From a virus (Duplodnaviria > Caudoviricetes), in the IMG/VR virus record IMGVR_UViG_3300030207_002618, positions 1 through 59,469 of that record: 59,469 nucleotides of DNA. One strand, 5' to 3'. Positions 36,201-46,043 of this stretch are shown here, piece after piece (the first letter of the stretch is position 1; each line of letters starts with the position of its first letter). The notes below the pieces were generated by a model. It was not told the DNA's origin and ran no database searches. It saw only the letters and a program-made list of their open reading frames with translations. A program made the position numbers and the translations under genes.

Positions 36201-39200
36201 CATTGATGACACCTTGATGGAGGCATTCTCTGGAAACAGAGCCATGGTTGATGAAATCCTTGAGCTTGCTTCTGGTGCATATGGAAGGACTCCAGAAGAA
36301 TCTTTAATCTTGTTTTCAAGAGATATTCTTGGAGAATATAAGATATTAAAAGAGTCTATCGAAGCTGGAAAGTCACCAGTACATGATTGGCAAAAGCCAT
36401 ATCGATCAGGCTTAGATGGTGAAGATTTAGTTCATCCAAACTGGGATCCAAATCATCCCCAGATTGGCGACATTACTGCTGATATGAGCCTACTTGAGTT
36501 TGTTAAATACATTGAAAACAAACCAATTGAATATGGAGCGGTTTTTGATCTTAGAAACGGTCGAATGGTTGGAGCATCAAAGGGTCAAAAAAGCTCTGTA
36601 GACATTAAAGAAAACATTGATGTTGAAGTTTTTGAGAAATTAATTGCTTCGGGTGAGATTCTTACAATTCACAATCATCCGCCTGGTTTTGCTTTAGAGT
36701 TTCTTAAAGGTTTAAACAAAGAATTAAAGTTGTTTACTCCAAAGCAACTAAAAGATATTTCAAAAAGTCTTGCTGAAAGCGGTGCATTTAGCTTTCCTGA
36801 CCTGCTGAGTGAAGTAGCAATGAACTCACGCCGGGGAATCGTTGCTACACCAAATGGAACTCTCTGGATTGTTGACAGGCCAGCCGATGGCTGGAACTTT
36901 TCCCCAGGAAAATACACAGAAAGATGGGGAGAGAGAGTCGAAGCCGTAGAAGAGATGGCTGGACCATTTGAGCAACAAACAAACGCCATTCTTAAAGAAA
37001 TTATGGATGACTTGCCAGGGATTTTGGCGTATATTCAAGACGATTTTGCTGCCTTAAAGAAGGCTTTTGATAACGGCATCATTACAGAACGACAGTACAA
37101 GCAAATTAAAAAAGCCAAACAGAAAGATAGTCTTCTCTATCTTATGTCTTACGCTAGGGAGTCTTACAATGAAAAAGCAATCGACGTCTTTGAAGAAGTC
37201 TTCGGGGCAAGACCCTATCGGATCAACCTTAAGGCAAATAAATTCGAGGAGCGCCCACCAATACGTAGAGATGCTGTCACAGGTGACATCATTGTTGAGC
37301 GAGACTATACAGGAAGCAGAATCAGGGAAGCCATCAGGCTCGAAAAGTTCCAAACGAAAGGCGCGATTACCGAGATTAAAAACTTCCGTTTAGGAATCCT
37401 TGGAAAAGAGGATCTAAACTACGCAAGAGAAATTATAGAGTCTATTGGATCGAACAAATTCCAAGATCTTCAAAACATTACTCGTGATTTTGTTGCAAAG
37501 CACTACCAAATTTCTGCACCAGATGAGGTCGTAGAACAGGCCGACATATTTTTAGATGAGTTGTTTACGTGGGTAAGAACTGACTACCCGGTCGAAACGT
37601 ATGGTGGCGCAATATTTAAAAACAACCAACGAATCTCAAGAACAGCATCAGAATGGTTGGATGAAAAGCGTGCTCTTCTTGATATACCAAGTAGCGTTAC
37701 CGCAGAAGAAATTACATCTCTGTTGAACAAGACTATTTCTTCTCGTCAGGCTGCATATTCTGCACAGACAAGACTTGACGCTTTAGGTGCTGGCCAAAAG
37801 TCGCTCAAGGTGAAGCGTAGTGGAGAGTCACCGCTGTCTAAGGGTGTAATCCGTAAGCGTGCTAACGAAATGCAGTCAGAGCGTGTACAGGACGTTCTAG
37901 ATGCAGCTATGAAGTCGTCTGGTTCGCTTGAAGAAGTAACCGCAAAGATTCGTAGTGCATTTGATGAGTTGTTGGATGTCCCAGATGATGCGATTTACGC
38001 CAAAATGAAGGACGAAATGGCCGCAAAGCTGGCCGATATGACCTACAGAAGGAACTACAGCTTAAAGCCTGCACTAAAAGAGTCTAAAAAGGCTGGTCGA
38101 AAGCTGCTTAAGTCTGAACTTGCAGCACTAAAAGCCGAGCTTGCAGAAAAAATCCCAAGGCTTGAGATACCTGACGTTAAATCAGGGGAAACGGCAACAG
38201 TATACCTACAAGACTGGGAGATTCGTGTATGGGATGAGTTCAAGGAACTGACTCAAAACCTAACTCAAGAAGAAACACTTCTTTCGGCCTATGCTGCGCT
38301 TGCAAACTCACCCAAAGTCATCAACGAAAAAAGTATTGGTAAGGCGGCCTATGATGCGTTTAAAGAACGGTACAGGATCTTATCTGGACAGCGAATGGGA
38401 GATCTTCCAGAAGAGTTGAAGCCCGTAAAGGATGCATTCCTTTCTCTAATTAAGCATTACGAAAACATGTACCTTGAACATGGCATGACATTCGTAAAAA
38501 GCCCTGTTGAAATGCTCAAGCTTTGGGGTGTTGTTGACTATGTTCCTCACACTCCGATTCCTAGCAGAGATATTTTAGCAAATGGTCTTACAGAATCATT
38601 TTTGATTAAAGGCGCACCAAAGTCCTACAACCAAAGCCTTGACCGCTCTTTCGGTGCAGGGCTGGACCAGAAAAAGCAGCGACTTATTCGTGGCACAATG
38701 CGTGAAATCAACGCTGCTGCCAATGCAAGCGGAACAATGCTTGGGATTACCCCGAATACGCTTCTTGCTCGATACCTGAGAGCATCAAAGTCAATCTCAA
38801 ATCAAGAGTTTATGTACAGCCTATTAGCTGGAAAGGTATTGAAGCCAATCAAGCCAAAGAGCCCATATGACAATGCTCTTGAGTTGATTGCAAAAAGAAG
38901 AAAGATGGCTCTTGATGAGGACATCGAAAAGATGGACCCACAGGCACTAGATAAACTTGTAAGGGCAAGCGCATCTGAAGCGGAGATCAAGATTCTGGAT
39001 GATCTCATTCCTACAGTTGGAACAGGTGAGATGGTTCCAGCAGCGCAGCGTGCTGCGGATATGAACTATGTTCCTATTTTTAAAGATGCATCTAAATCTT
39101 TAAGCAATGATCTTTTGATTAATGGGAATGCCGCTGATTGGGCAAAAGCAAACCTTATTCCAAACCAAATGGATGATGTTCTTGAGGAGGCTGCAACCTA

Positions 39201-41355
39201 CTCTAAGACACAAAGAGAGGACAAGTTTGCCAAGTTTACTCGTGACACACCAATCATTAGACAAGCAGATGAAATCATTAGTGTTGTCTCAACAATTCGA
39301 GTAAACAACTACAAAAATGGAGAGCCACTTTACAATGTTCTTTCTCGATACCAAGACGAACTAAATGTAGAGCTAAATAAAATGGCTTCTGTACTTAAGA
39401 AGCGGGGTAAATCTACGGATGAGATTGCTGCTATTTTAAGTAAAAAGAAACCAGCGATGGAAAATAATGCCTGGAATGCAGTAGCAAAAGAACTAAATGG
39501 CATGGCATATGACCTCGGTCTTCCAACAAGGGTTCATGGTGGAGAGGCGCTTCGTACTTTTTACAATCAAACTGATGAAATGTGGAACCTATACGTTCCC
39601 AGCGTAGTGAAGCAATCAATCGATGACCTTTTTGCTCCGGTAGGAGAAAAGGGAAAGATTTACAAAGGAATGAAGCGTCTCAACGATTTCTGGAAGATTC
39701 GAGTCACAATCATTGCGGCGGCATTCCACGCAAGAAACCACTTATCAAACAAGTTTAGCAACCTGCTGGATACGGGTGTCCTTTCTTTAAACCCTAAAAC
39801 AGCATTTGATGCTGGTCAGCTTTCATCATTAGTTCACTATAGAGATCGATTTGGTTCTATTTCTGCTGCTAAGAAAGCCTTGTCTGCACCCAGAGGAAAA
39901 GCAGAAAGTGCTTGGAGGTACAAGAAACGCCAAGCAGAAAGAAGCTTACTAAATCAACTTGATTCTGGTGACCTTTCGTATGACTTAGGAGACGGAATCT
40001 TTCGAGATGCTGATGAAGCACTAAAGATTCTAGAAGAAAACGGTGTCATTGCAGGAAGTCTTCAGCAGTATGTTGATGTAAACCTTTATGAAACCAAGCT
40101 TGCCAATATCTACAACTCTGCTGGTCTTGAAAAAAACCTAAACAAAGCAAAGCGTTACATCAGTGGCATCGAAGATGGCGCTATCATGGCTTTGCCTGGG
40201 CTCATGACAGGCATGGTTCTTCCCATTGGATTACCAAAGAACCTTGGCTCTGCTATTGGTAGAAGTGTTGAGAATCAAGCTCGTCTTATCAACTTCATGA
40301 CCAACGTAAAGCAAGGCAGAAGCTATTCTGCGGCAGCAGAGCAAGTAAATAAGTTCTTATTCAACTATCGAGACCTTACTTCTGTTCAAAAAGATTGGAT
40401 GCGTATTGTATTTCCGTTCTTTACTTGGACTCAAAAGAACGTCGCTCTTCAGTTAGAAATGATGCAGAAGAACCCAGTGTTCTACTCTCAGTTCCAACGT
40501 CTATTGATTCATGGTGGTCCAGAAATTGTTGAAAGATACAACGCAGAAATTTCTGGAACCCCATACGTACCCGAAAGAAGCTCCTCCAGGTACTCGATGG
40601 CATTTAGGGATGACCATGCGAGGAACTACATTCGATTCCCTGTACCCGGTAAGCCTGGGTTTTATGTAGAAGGTCTTGGTCTTCCACAAGAAGCCCTATT
40701 TGATCAGCTTGAAATGCTTTCACAAACTAAGAATTTATTTGCAGAAGAGCGGCTTGATAAGAAACAAAAGGGATTGAGATTCCTTGGACAAACCCACTTT
40801 CTTACAAAGCTTATGTATGAGAGCATGCTTTCCAAGCGAAACACTTTCATGGATATGCCAATCTCTGATATGACCAGTGGTCGATTTGTTGGTCAAGTTC
40901 TGTCGGGAGTTAGAAATATTCCGCTTGCTGGACAAGGCATTGCAGGCGCTCTTGAAGACATGACTGGATACACTGCCCATCAGTACTACAATAGTAGATA
41001 TGGTCACTTTATGGATGACATCAGAGTTGATGGACATGCGAATCATTTGTTTCAAAACCTGCCCTGGGCACGAGTTTTAAAAGATGCTTCTGCTGCATCC
41101 ATGATGTACAACGCATCATATTTAGACAGACTTGATCCTGAACTCAGGGGAGAGTATCTACAGCCCGACAGCCTTGAACCTTTAAGCGATACATTAAAAA
41201 TATTAGATGCCTTGACAGGTATCAGGCTTATTGCAGAGAACAAAGAAGCGAGAAAAGCTCGTCTCGATTATGATATGAAGAAGAGGTATGAAGAAGCATT
41301 TAAACGTGCTGGCGTAACCGGGCAGTTTCCCATTGAATATATAAAGGAACAGTAA
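33229..41355 (+). CDS. Giant internal virion / large polyvalent protein with JAB-like domain
   Basis: 2708 aa; ADPLWFVG N-terminal motif; internal E...HNHP...S..D; C-terminal FNYRDLT...FPFFTW..KN typical of large ejection proteins. Confidence 0.75.
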   Translation: MAEKTPIAPATEVSPQTEGFSFEPPSVDPIEEEVEEAEQNDDGYAWLWDDDEPEDQNDERYEYVPSKQDFSRAWSDAKKATDPISAKVALSQSFSPRMQDDIQSRVEEESNIVSVQREEQLPNLLKEGFVGAVEAGSAAADVVSEYTPEPVKEGASYVTDKVLSFGGNFVLPTVEMVDVPRSESWTKTYKNNARVLPDTGTFSGDALADVFSSFASGIDTVSRLLNEQTEFENEQSEEQYKEDIDILAKSIYSAFADGKLYKAAIEREGYFVERPELFGLLEGSNATGEDLINIAFPIDVMQRLKANSPKSRRDIELGGPPGGYSITGTAANFTDSTYWIDQLSSPVSRMGWGLAMEVIADPLWFVGAAKGAIQVTYKGTAYNLNQGGARAAQILDNYSGASGRSGMHAQTVVSAVIDSADDAAKSRTVMREAADIAEQEARANMVKAARLSRLADMADDPSTLQRSMDGLRKELEKDIKAVQNIAKKYSGAESTPAVKAKYKKALQKVEEIKADIASLNKFSGRPDKAKESLLNMAEKRIANAAAHRGAASELRSFVELAESSTHLGKAGITEASLLPVFGTWHIPFGTKTGTIATSSQLQSIGSKINKALEGQDQLVTAIRKVSESTEKLSMNSINKKIADNLSQGVDTLSGLSAGEKLAWTMGQGFSKAKTISYRGADLLARMVGTRHWQALTASKAIQAEMAYYGSREGIMMGMSGSKEHIVRMKRLRPDLWENYQNSVTKYLRSLDGLSADATRRIDILYTMAGGSDGKGGALAEWKAAVRERDIPKIQAKLSSIDEEINRLSKLPTSPDVAQQLNALNRERGLTLSDLSAKRRILDDDFGVNELMDEVADLIETGAGKIDETPWLKALTKEWSSIEASLAKELKRDIEQVRQALVAMVRWGKGEKQAAEDLARRIAIINQVLESTKPFTNQQKMAMDQIVDALNVRLTSKNELFNVVSEKKLAEVIYRTVSVSRGRPFGDEVIQAIDDTLMEAFSGNRAMVDEILELASGAYGRTPEESLILFSRDILGEYKILKESIEAGKSPVHDWQKPYRSGLDGEDLVHPNWDPNHPQIGDITADMSLLEFVKYIENKPIEYGAVFDLRNGRMVGASKGQKSSVDIKENIDVEVFEKLIASGEILTIHNHPPGFALEFLKGLNKELKLFTPKQLKDISKSLAESGAFSFPDLLSEVAMNSRRGIVATPNGTLWIVDRPADGWNFSPGKYTERWGERVEAVEEMAGPFEQQTNAILKEIMDDLPGILAYIQDDFAALKKAFDNGIITERQYKQIKKAKQKDSLLYLMSYARESYNEKAIDVFEEVFGARPYRINLKANKFEERPPIRRDAVTGDIIVERDYTGSRIREAIRLEKFQTKGAITEIKNFRLGILGKEDLNYAREIIESIGSNKFQDLQNITRDFVAKHYQISAPDEVVEQADIFLDELFTWVRTDYPVETYGGAIFKNNQRISRTASEWLDEKRALLDIPSSVTAEEITSLLNKTISSRQAAYSAQTRLDALGAGQKSLKVKRSGESPLSKGVIRKRANEMQSERVQDVLDAAMKSSGSLEEVTAKIRSAFDELLDVPDDAIYAKMKDEMAAKLADMTYRRNYSLKPALKESKKAGRKLLKSELAALKAELAEKIPRLEIPDVKSGETATVYLQDWEIRVWDEFKELTQNLTQEETLLSAYAALANSPKVINEKSIGKAAYDAFKERYRILSGQRMGDLPEELKPVKDAFLSLIKHYENMYLEHGMTFVKSPVEMLKLWGVVDYVPHTPIPSRDILANGLTESFLIKGAPKSYNQSLDRSFGAGLDQKKQRLIRGTMREINAAANASGTMLGITPNTLLARYLRASKSISNQEFMYSLLAGKVLKPIKPKSPYDNALELIAKRRKMALDEDIEKMDPQALDKLVRASASEAEIKILDDLIPTVGTGEMVPAAQRAADMNYVPIFKDASKSLSNDLLINGNAADWAKANLIPNQMDDVLEEAATYSKTQREDKFAKFTRDTPIIRQADEIISVVSTIRVNNYKNGEPLYNVLSRYQDELNVELNKMASVLKKRGKSTDEIAAILSKKKPAMENNAWNAVAKELNGMAYDLGLPTRVHGGEALRTFYNQTDEMWNLYVPSVVKQSIDDLFAPVGEKGKIYKGMKRLNDFWKIRVTIIAAAFHARNHLSNKFSNLLDTGVLSLNPKTAFDAGQLSSLVHYRDRFGSISAAKKALSAPRGKAESAWRYKKRQAERSLLNQLDSGDLSYDLGDGIFRDADEALKILEENGVIAGSLQQYVDVNLYETKLANIYNSAGLEKNLNKAKRYISGIEDGAIMALPGLMTGMVLPIGLPKNLGSAIGRSVENQARLINFMTNVKQGRSYSAAAEQVNKFLFNYRDLTSVQKDWMRIVFPFFTWTQKNVALQLEMMQKNPVFYSQFQRLLIHGGPEIVERYNAEISGTPYVPERSSSRYSMAFRDDHARNYIRFPVPGKPGFYVEGLGLPQEALFDQLEMLSQTKNLFAEERLDKKQKGLRFLGQTHFLTKLMYESMLSKRNTFMDMPISDMTSGRFVGQVLSGVRNIPLAGQGIAGALEDMTGYTAHQYYNSRYGHFMDDIRVDGHANHLFQNLPWARVLKDASAASMMYNASYLDRLDPELRGEYLQPDSLEPLSDTLKILDALTGIRLIAENKEARKARLDYDMKKRYEEAFKRAGVTGQFPIEYIKEQ

Positions 41356-41356
41356 A

Positions 41357-41806
41357 GTGAGTATTCGTTCATGGAGTAGGTCAGCCTATTCGTATCATCA
41401 CAATTCTACGTCTCCCGCCTCATTAACAACCTCTTATCAAGTGTTTGAGGTGACGGAAGATCTTTTAAATTCACCATCATCCGAACGAGTTCCAGATACC
41501 TGTAATATTCAATCAATCGAGTTTGAATTTACGACCAAAGGCAGCGCGACAAGCGTAACGATGTTCTTGGCAAGGGATTCTTCAGGTAATGCAGCTATTA
41601 CTCCACCTGGAACAACAGGAGCTACATCTGCTATTGGCTCTGGTTTAGTAAATACAAAGGGTTCTGCGATATTTTCTATCGATAATGACTACCACTTTGA
41701 CTCCAGTGTTTCTGGCTCTAAAACCGGAAGTCTTTATGTTCTTGCGAAAGTAAACGACGCAACAGGAAGCCCTGCTGCAAACATTCGTATTAACTGGAGG
41801 GGATAA
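41357..41806 (+). CDS. Putative virion structural protein
   Basis: Ser/Thr-rich beta protein; TAATG coupling to tail fibre. Confidence 0.55.
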   Translation: MSIRSWSRSAYSYHHNSTSPASLTTSYQVFEVTEDLLNSPSSERVPDTCNIQSIEFEFTTKGSATSVTMFLARDSSGNAAITPPGTTGATSAIGSGLVNTKGSAIFSIDNDYHFDSSVSGSKTGSLYVLAKVNDATGSPAANIRINWRG

Positions 41807-43551
41807 TGTCTGATGTTTTTGATAACAGTATCTCTGTTGACGTTGATGGAAATGCCACGATTAGTGGTGATCTGACGGTTACCGGAACTACAACAACTAT
41901 TTCAACAACAAATGCAGTCGTATCCGATAAACTCCTTGAGTTGGCGAACGGGGCTTCAGGCACGCCAAGTGGAGACTGCGGAATCATTATTGAACGTGGC
42001 TCAAGTGCAAACGCGGCAATTGTTTGGGATGAAAGCCGTGATGAATTTGTTTTAGGAACAACCTCTGCAACTGGAGCAAGCACTGGTGATCTTACAGTCA
42101 CGCCAGGAAACGTGTCCGTTGAACGTATTGGTGCAGGAACAGAGCAAGCAGAAGCTGAAATACACGCAAAGCGGGATGCATCAAGTGGTGGCACTTACTC
42201 AAGCAACGCCCCAATCATTATCGAAGATGATGCACGACCTGCATTGCAGTTTGTTGGTTCGGCAAACAACATTGCTTTGATTGAGTTTGGTGACAATGCT
42301 GCTGCTGCGTCTGGTCAACTTTACTACGACCATAGCGCCGACAAATTACGGGTAGACTGCGGCGGTAACACAGACCGTTTGACTGTAGATGCATCCGGTA
42401 ACGTTGCTGCTGCTGGCACTGTTACTGCAACCGGTTTCACTATTGGTTCGGCGGCTATCACAGAAACGGAATTAGAAATCCTTGACGGTGCTACCCTTAC
42501 AACCACGGAATTAAACTATGTAGACGGCGTGACAAGTGCGATTCAAACGCAACTTGACGCCAAACAAGCTGCTGATGCGGATTTGACGGCTTTAGCGAGT
42601 TGTCAGACGGGAGGCGCATCTGCACTTGCGGCATTGACTGCAACCGAAATTGGCATTCTGGATGGCGCTACACTGTCAACGGCTGAACTTAATATTCTTG
42701 ACGGAAAGTCTTTTTTAGACGAAGACAACATGGCAAGCAATAGTGCTACAGGTATTGCAAGCCAGCAAAGCATTAAAGCATATGTTGATTCCCAGACATC
42801 TGGCGCTGGCAACATGGATAACTGGATTCTGGAGGACGACGACGGCACCGAAGTCACAGTATCCAACGGTAAAGAAGTAAAGTTTATCGGCTCTGGTATT
42901 ACTACTAACTTTACAGATACTGATAACGGCACAGATGCAGACCCATACGATCTTACATTTACAGTAGATGCCGCACAAACAGGCATTACTTCTATTGTAA
43001 ATAGCAGCCTTGAGATTGGTAAAGACGCAGACAATCGCATCAAGTTTGGTACAGACAACCAGATTATCTTTGAGGTTGATGGTGGCGACAACGTAATCTT
43101 TAAGACAAGCGGTGAAATCGAAGCGTCCTCATTGGATATTAGTGGTGATGCAGACATTGACGGTACGCTTGAAGCCGACGCAATCACAGTCAATGGAACG
43201 GCGCTTGATGAATTTATTCAAGACACCGTTGGCGCAATGGTTTCATCGAACACTGAGACTGGAATCGCGGTCACTTATGAAGATGGCGACGGTACACTTG
43301 ATTTTGTACTGGCCGCAGTAGGTACAAATGCCATCTCAGATGATGCAGTTACCGTGGCTAAGATCGAGGATCTTGCTCGCGGAAACATTATCTACGGTAA
43401 TGCTAGTGCCGAGACAGCGAAGTTAGCTCCAGGCAGCAATGGGCAAGTCCTTACTAGCGATGGCACCGACATCTCTTGGCAAAATGCTTCAGGTGGCGGC
43501 ACAGCAGTAGACGACCTAAACCTTATTCTTCACACTCAAGTTTTTTCGTAG
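41806..43551 (+). CDS. Tail fibre protein
   Basis: GDLTVTGTTTTI, T.TEL.ILDGATL repeats, G/T/D-rich, GQVLTSDG. Confidence 0.8.
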   Translation: MSDVFDNSISVDVDGNATISGDLTVTGTTTTISTTNAVVSDKLLELANGASGTPSGDCGIIIERGSSANAAIVWDESRDEFVLGTTSATGASTGDLTVTPGNVSVERIGAGTEQAEAEIHAKRDASSGGTYSSNAPIIIEDDARPALQFVGSANNIALIEFGDNAAAASGQLYYDHSADKLRVDCGGNTDRLTVDASGNVAAAGTVTATGFTIGSAAITETELEILDGATLTTTELNYVDGVTSAIQTQLDAKQAADADLTALASCQTGGASALAALTATEIGILDGATLSTAELNILDGKSFLDEDNMASNSATGIASQQSIKAYVDSQTSGAGNMDNWILEDDDGTEVTVSNGKEVKFIGSGITTNFTDTDNGTDADPYDLTFTVDAAQTGITSIVNSSLEIGKDADNRIKFGTDNQIIFEVDGGDNVIFKTSGEIEASSLDISGDADIDGTLEADAITVNGTALDEFIQDTVGAMVSSNTETGIAVTYEDGDGTLDFVLAAVGTNAISDDAVTVAKIEDLARGNIIYGNASAETAKLAPGSNGQVLTSDGTDISWQNASGGGTAVDDLNLILHTQVFS

Positions 43552-43560
43552 GATTAAATT

Positions 43561-43923
43561 ATGCCAACAATGTCAAAAGAAGTCCTTAGCGGATCCACAA
43601 ACGGTAGGGGCATCCTCGTCAATCAAACTGCCTCAAATAACGCTGTCACAATTCACACAGCAACAACCGGTGGCAGTAATACTGACATCGACGAGATTTT
43701 TATCTACGCTTCAAATCCGACCACTACCCAGAGACTGTTAACCATCCTCTATGGCGGTACGACAAGTGTTCAAGATGAGATCGCGGTCCAAATCCCCGCC
43801 CAGACGACATCGCTGGTTGTTCCTGGTCTAATACTCAGAGCGGGTCTTGAAGTAAAAGCGATATGTTCGGACAATGCCTCAGTCACTCTTCACGGTTTTG
43901 TTAACCGAATCGACCAAAGCTAA
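43561..43923 (+). CDS. Tail fibre-associated small protein
   Basis: LSGSTNGRGI...DEIFIYA...LVVPGLIL...HGFVNRI. Confidence 0.6.
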   Translation: MPTMSKEVLSGSTNGRGILVNQTASNNAVTIHTATTGGSNTDIDEIFIYASNPTTTQRLLTILYGGTTSVQDEIAVQIPAQTTSLVVPGLILRAGLEVKAICSDNASVTLHGFVNRIDQS

Positions 43924-44792
43924 TGGGTAAACGTACACGAATCCCTGGGCCGATTGCCAGAGACCAAAACTTAGGTAACTCTGGTAGACGCGTTGAACCG
44001 GGTATCAGTAAGTGGCAAAGCCTTGATGTCAATGATGGCAGTTGGACCCTGTACGACCCAAACAATACCCTTGTTAGTTGCTCAACCAGCACATCTGGTA
44101 TGCGTATACAGGTAAATAAAACCAATAATAACTTGCGATGGAACAATACTAATCAACAGCTTTATCGATACCATCGAAGGTTGGTTGGTCCAGATGGGGA
44201 GTTCCTTTCTTGGTCTGATTTTTTCAGCGTAGACATTATGGTCAAGCTGGAAACTTTGCATGCTAATAGTAATGTAAGCAACAATGAATGTGACCATCAT
44301 GGCGTTATGGTAGGTATTGCAAGCAATGATGTCACAGACTCTGTAAGCGCAATTAACTGGGCTGGTGCTGGTCCTTTAATGCACTACGATGATTCTGCTG
44401 GATTGCGTAGCGTTGTTGGTGGTGACGCTCATACTATTAATGACCAAAACGCAAGCTGCGAAAAGATTCTTGCCCATATTTCTGCTCCTCTTGATGAGGG
44501 TGACGCTGACGGTAACCCCAGCACTCGACATCTTTATTGTTTTTGTATCGATAGTAATGATCGAATCACTGGCACAGGCAATAGTGCAGACGCATCGCGA
44601 CCTAATGTTCAGACTCATGAGTACACAGGAACAGACAATGTGTATTTGTTTTTAGCTGGCAACTTTGGATCAACAGCCAACACAGGTAGCATCGATAACC
44701 CTGATGCTACTTGGAAGGTCTGGTATAGAATCAACCAAGCCAGAGACCGTATTGCACCATCTTACATCCCTGGCGGCGGCGAAAGCGGCTGA
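43923..44792 (+). CDS. Putative tail/receptor-binding protein
   Basis: Asn/Asp/Ser-rich beta protein in tail cluster. Confidence 0.5.
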   Translation: MGKRTRIPGPIARDQNLGNSGRRVEPGISKWQSLDVNDGSWTLYDPNNTLVSCSTSTSGMRIQVNKTNNNLRWNNTNQQLYRYHRRLVGPDGEFLSWSDFFSVDIMVKLETLHANSNVSNNECDHHGVMVGIASNDVTDSVSAINWAGAGPLMHYDDSAGLRSVVGGDAHTINDQNASCEKILAHISAPLDEGDADGNPSTRHLYCFCIDSNDRITGTGNSADASRPNVQTHEYTGTDNVYLFLAGNFGSTANTGSIDNPDATWKVWYRINQARDRIAPSYIPGGGESG

Positions 44793-44832
44793 TTATTATT
44801 AATATTACTAGATTATAAGGAAGAATTAAATT

Positions 44833-45210
44833 ATGGCTCTTAAGGTATCAGGCTTCAGTAGTGCAGCTTTATCGTACAAAATTGTTCATTTTGATAATCA
44901 ACAAACGCCCACATCTGCCATTAATGAAAATGTGACTGGTACATCTGGTCGTTGGTACTCTATTGATGCAGACAACAAGTCTGGGTCTCCAGTTTACGTT
45001 CGATTATCAGACGGTGCAGCGCCTGTTCTTGGAACAACTGCGGCTGATTGGCAGTTTTTTATTCCTGCAACAACTAGTAAGCGCATTGAAATCCCAGGTG
45101 GTGCGCCGTTTAACATTGCTTTGAACCTTTGGACTGGAAGCAATAGCGATCCAAAAAGTTCTAATGCTCCTGCCACTAATGGCGTAATCGTAACTGTTGT
45201 TTGTTCTTGA
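44833..45210 (+). CDS. Small virion beta-sandwich protein
   Basis: Paralog of 45219-45602. Confidence 0.6.
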   Translation: MALKVSGFSSAALSYKIVHFDNQQTPTSAINENVTGTSGRWYSIDADNKSGSPVYVRLSDGAAPVLGTTAADWQFFIPATTSKRIEIPGGAPFNIALNLWTGSNSDPKSSNAPATNGVIVTVVCS

Positions 45211-45218
45211 GGTGAACC

Positions 45219-45602
45219 ATGGCTGTAACTGTAAGTAATATTGCTGATCCGCTTGGATCAAAACTGATCATTGATAATGATTCTAATGCAACAGCAGAGG
45301 ATGATGTCACTGGTGCAGATGCAACTATTATCTATCAAATTGAAGTAGATAATGGACAAAACAATGTTCCTGTCTATACAAAACTTGCTGACACTGGTGA
45401 TGCAACTGCTGGTACGACAAACCCATACGACATGGTAAAGGTCGCTGCGGGTCAAAAGGAAAGCTACATTATCGGAACCGGTTTGTCTTATGGAAACCTT
45501 TCGTTTTGGACTGTTCTTAGCCCATATACATTTACGTCTGATAACAGCAATGCAAACCAACCACCTGGAAGCCAGGTAGTCGTAAAAATCTTAGGAACTT
45601 GA
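45219..45602 (+). CDS. Small virion beta-sandwich protein
   Basis: SD GAGGTG; paralog of upstream gene. Confidence 0.6.
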   Translation: MAVTVSNIADPLGSKLIIDNDSNATAEDDVTGADATIIYQIEVDNGQNNVPVYTKLADTGDATAGTTNPYDMVKVAAGQKESYIIGTGLSYGNLSFWTVLSPYTFTSDNSNANQPPGSQVVVKILGT

Positions 45603-45609
45603 GGTAGTT

Positions 45610-45801
45610 ATGTCGTTTTTAAATGCTTTATTTTCTTCTCAAAAACGTGTTTCATGGCGTCGTCTTGCCGTTTTAGTGCTTGGTAGTTGCTTGCTGATGG
45701 CTGGGTTGGTCGATTCTGAGCAGTGGCTGTACCTTAGTCTTGCATATATTGCAGGAGACTCGGCAGAAAAGGCGATGTCGGCCATCTCTAAGAAGTCGTG
45801 A
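45610..45801 (+). CDS. Holin-like membrane protein
   Basis: 63 aa, two hydrophobic segments, basic N-terminus. Confidence 0.55.
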   Translation: MSFLNALFSSQKRVSWRRLAVLVLGSCLLMAGLVDSEQWLYLSLAYIAGDSAEKAMSAISKKS

Positions 45802-46043
45802 AGACGTTTTGGAAATGGTTGGTAGGCGTAGTCACAGCAATTGTGGCTGCGCTTTTTATTTTTAGGAAAAACAAGAAGTCACCTTCAAAAGATAGTCCAC
45901 CCAAAAATCCCATTACAGAAGTTGTTGTTGAACAAATTAATGACGACCTGGAGGAGGAGGTAAGCAAAGTTAAATCTGCTGTTGAAGGCTCAAGCGCAGC
46001 AGAAGACTTGGCTAAACTCGGAGACTTGAGGAGTAGAAGTTGA
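45798..46043 (+). CDS. Membrane-anchored lysis-cassette protein (i-spanin-like)
   Basis: N-terminal TM followed by helical domain. Confidence 0.45.
   Translation: MKTFWKWLVGVVTAIVAALFIFRKNKKSPSKDSPPKNPITEVVVEQINDDLEEEVSKVKSAVEGSSAAEDLAKLGDLRSRS

Noticed and set aside
33229-41355. Virion-encapsidated RNA polymerase (N4- or crAss-like) that might read the hairpins
   Set aside because: I found neither a DxDGD motif nor T7/N4-type polymerase motifs by eye; structure prediction would be needed to reopen this.
41806-44792. Diversity-generating retroelement acting on tail genes
   Set aside because: No reverse transcriptase and no template/variable repeat pair found.
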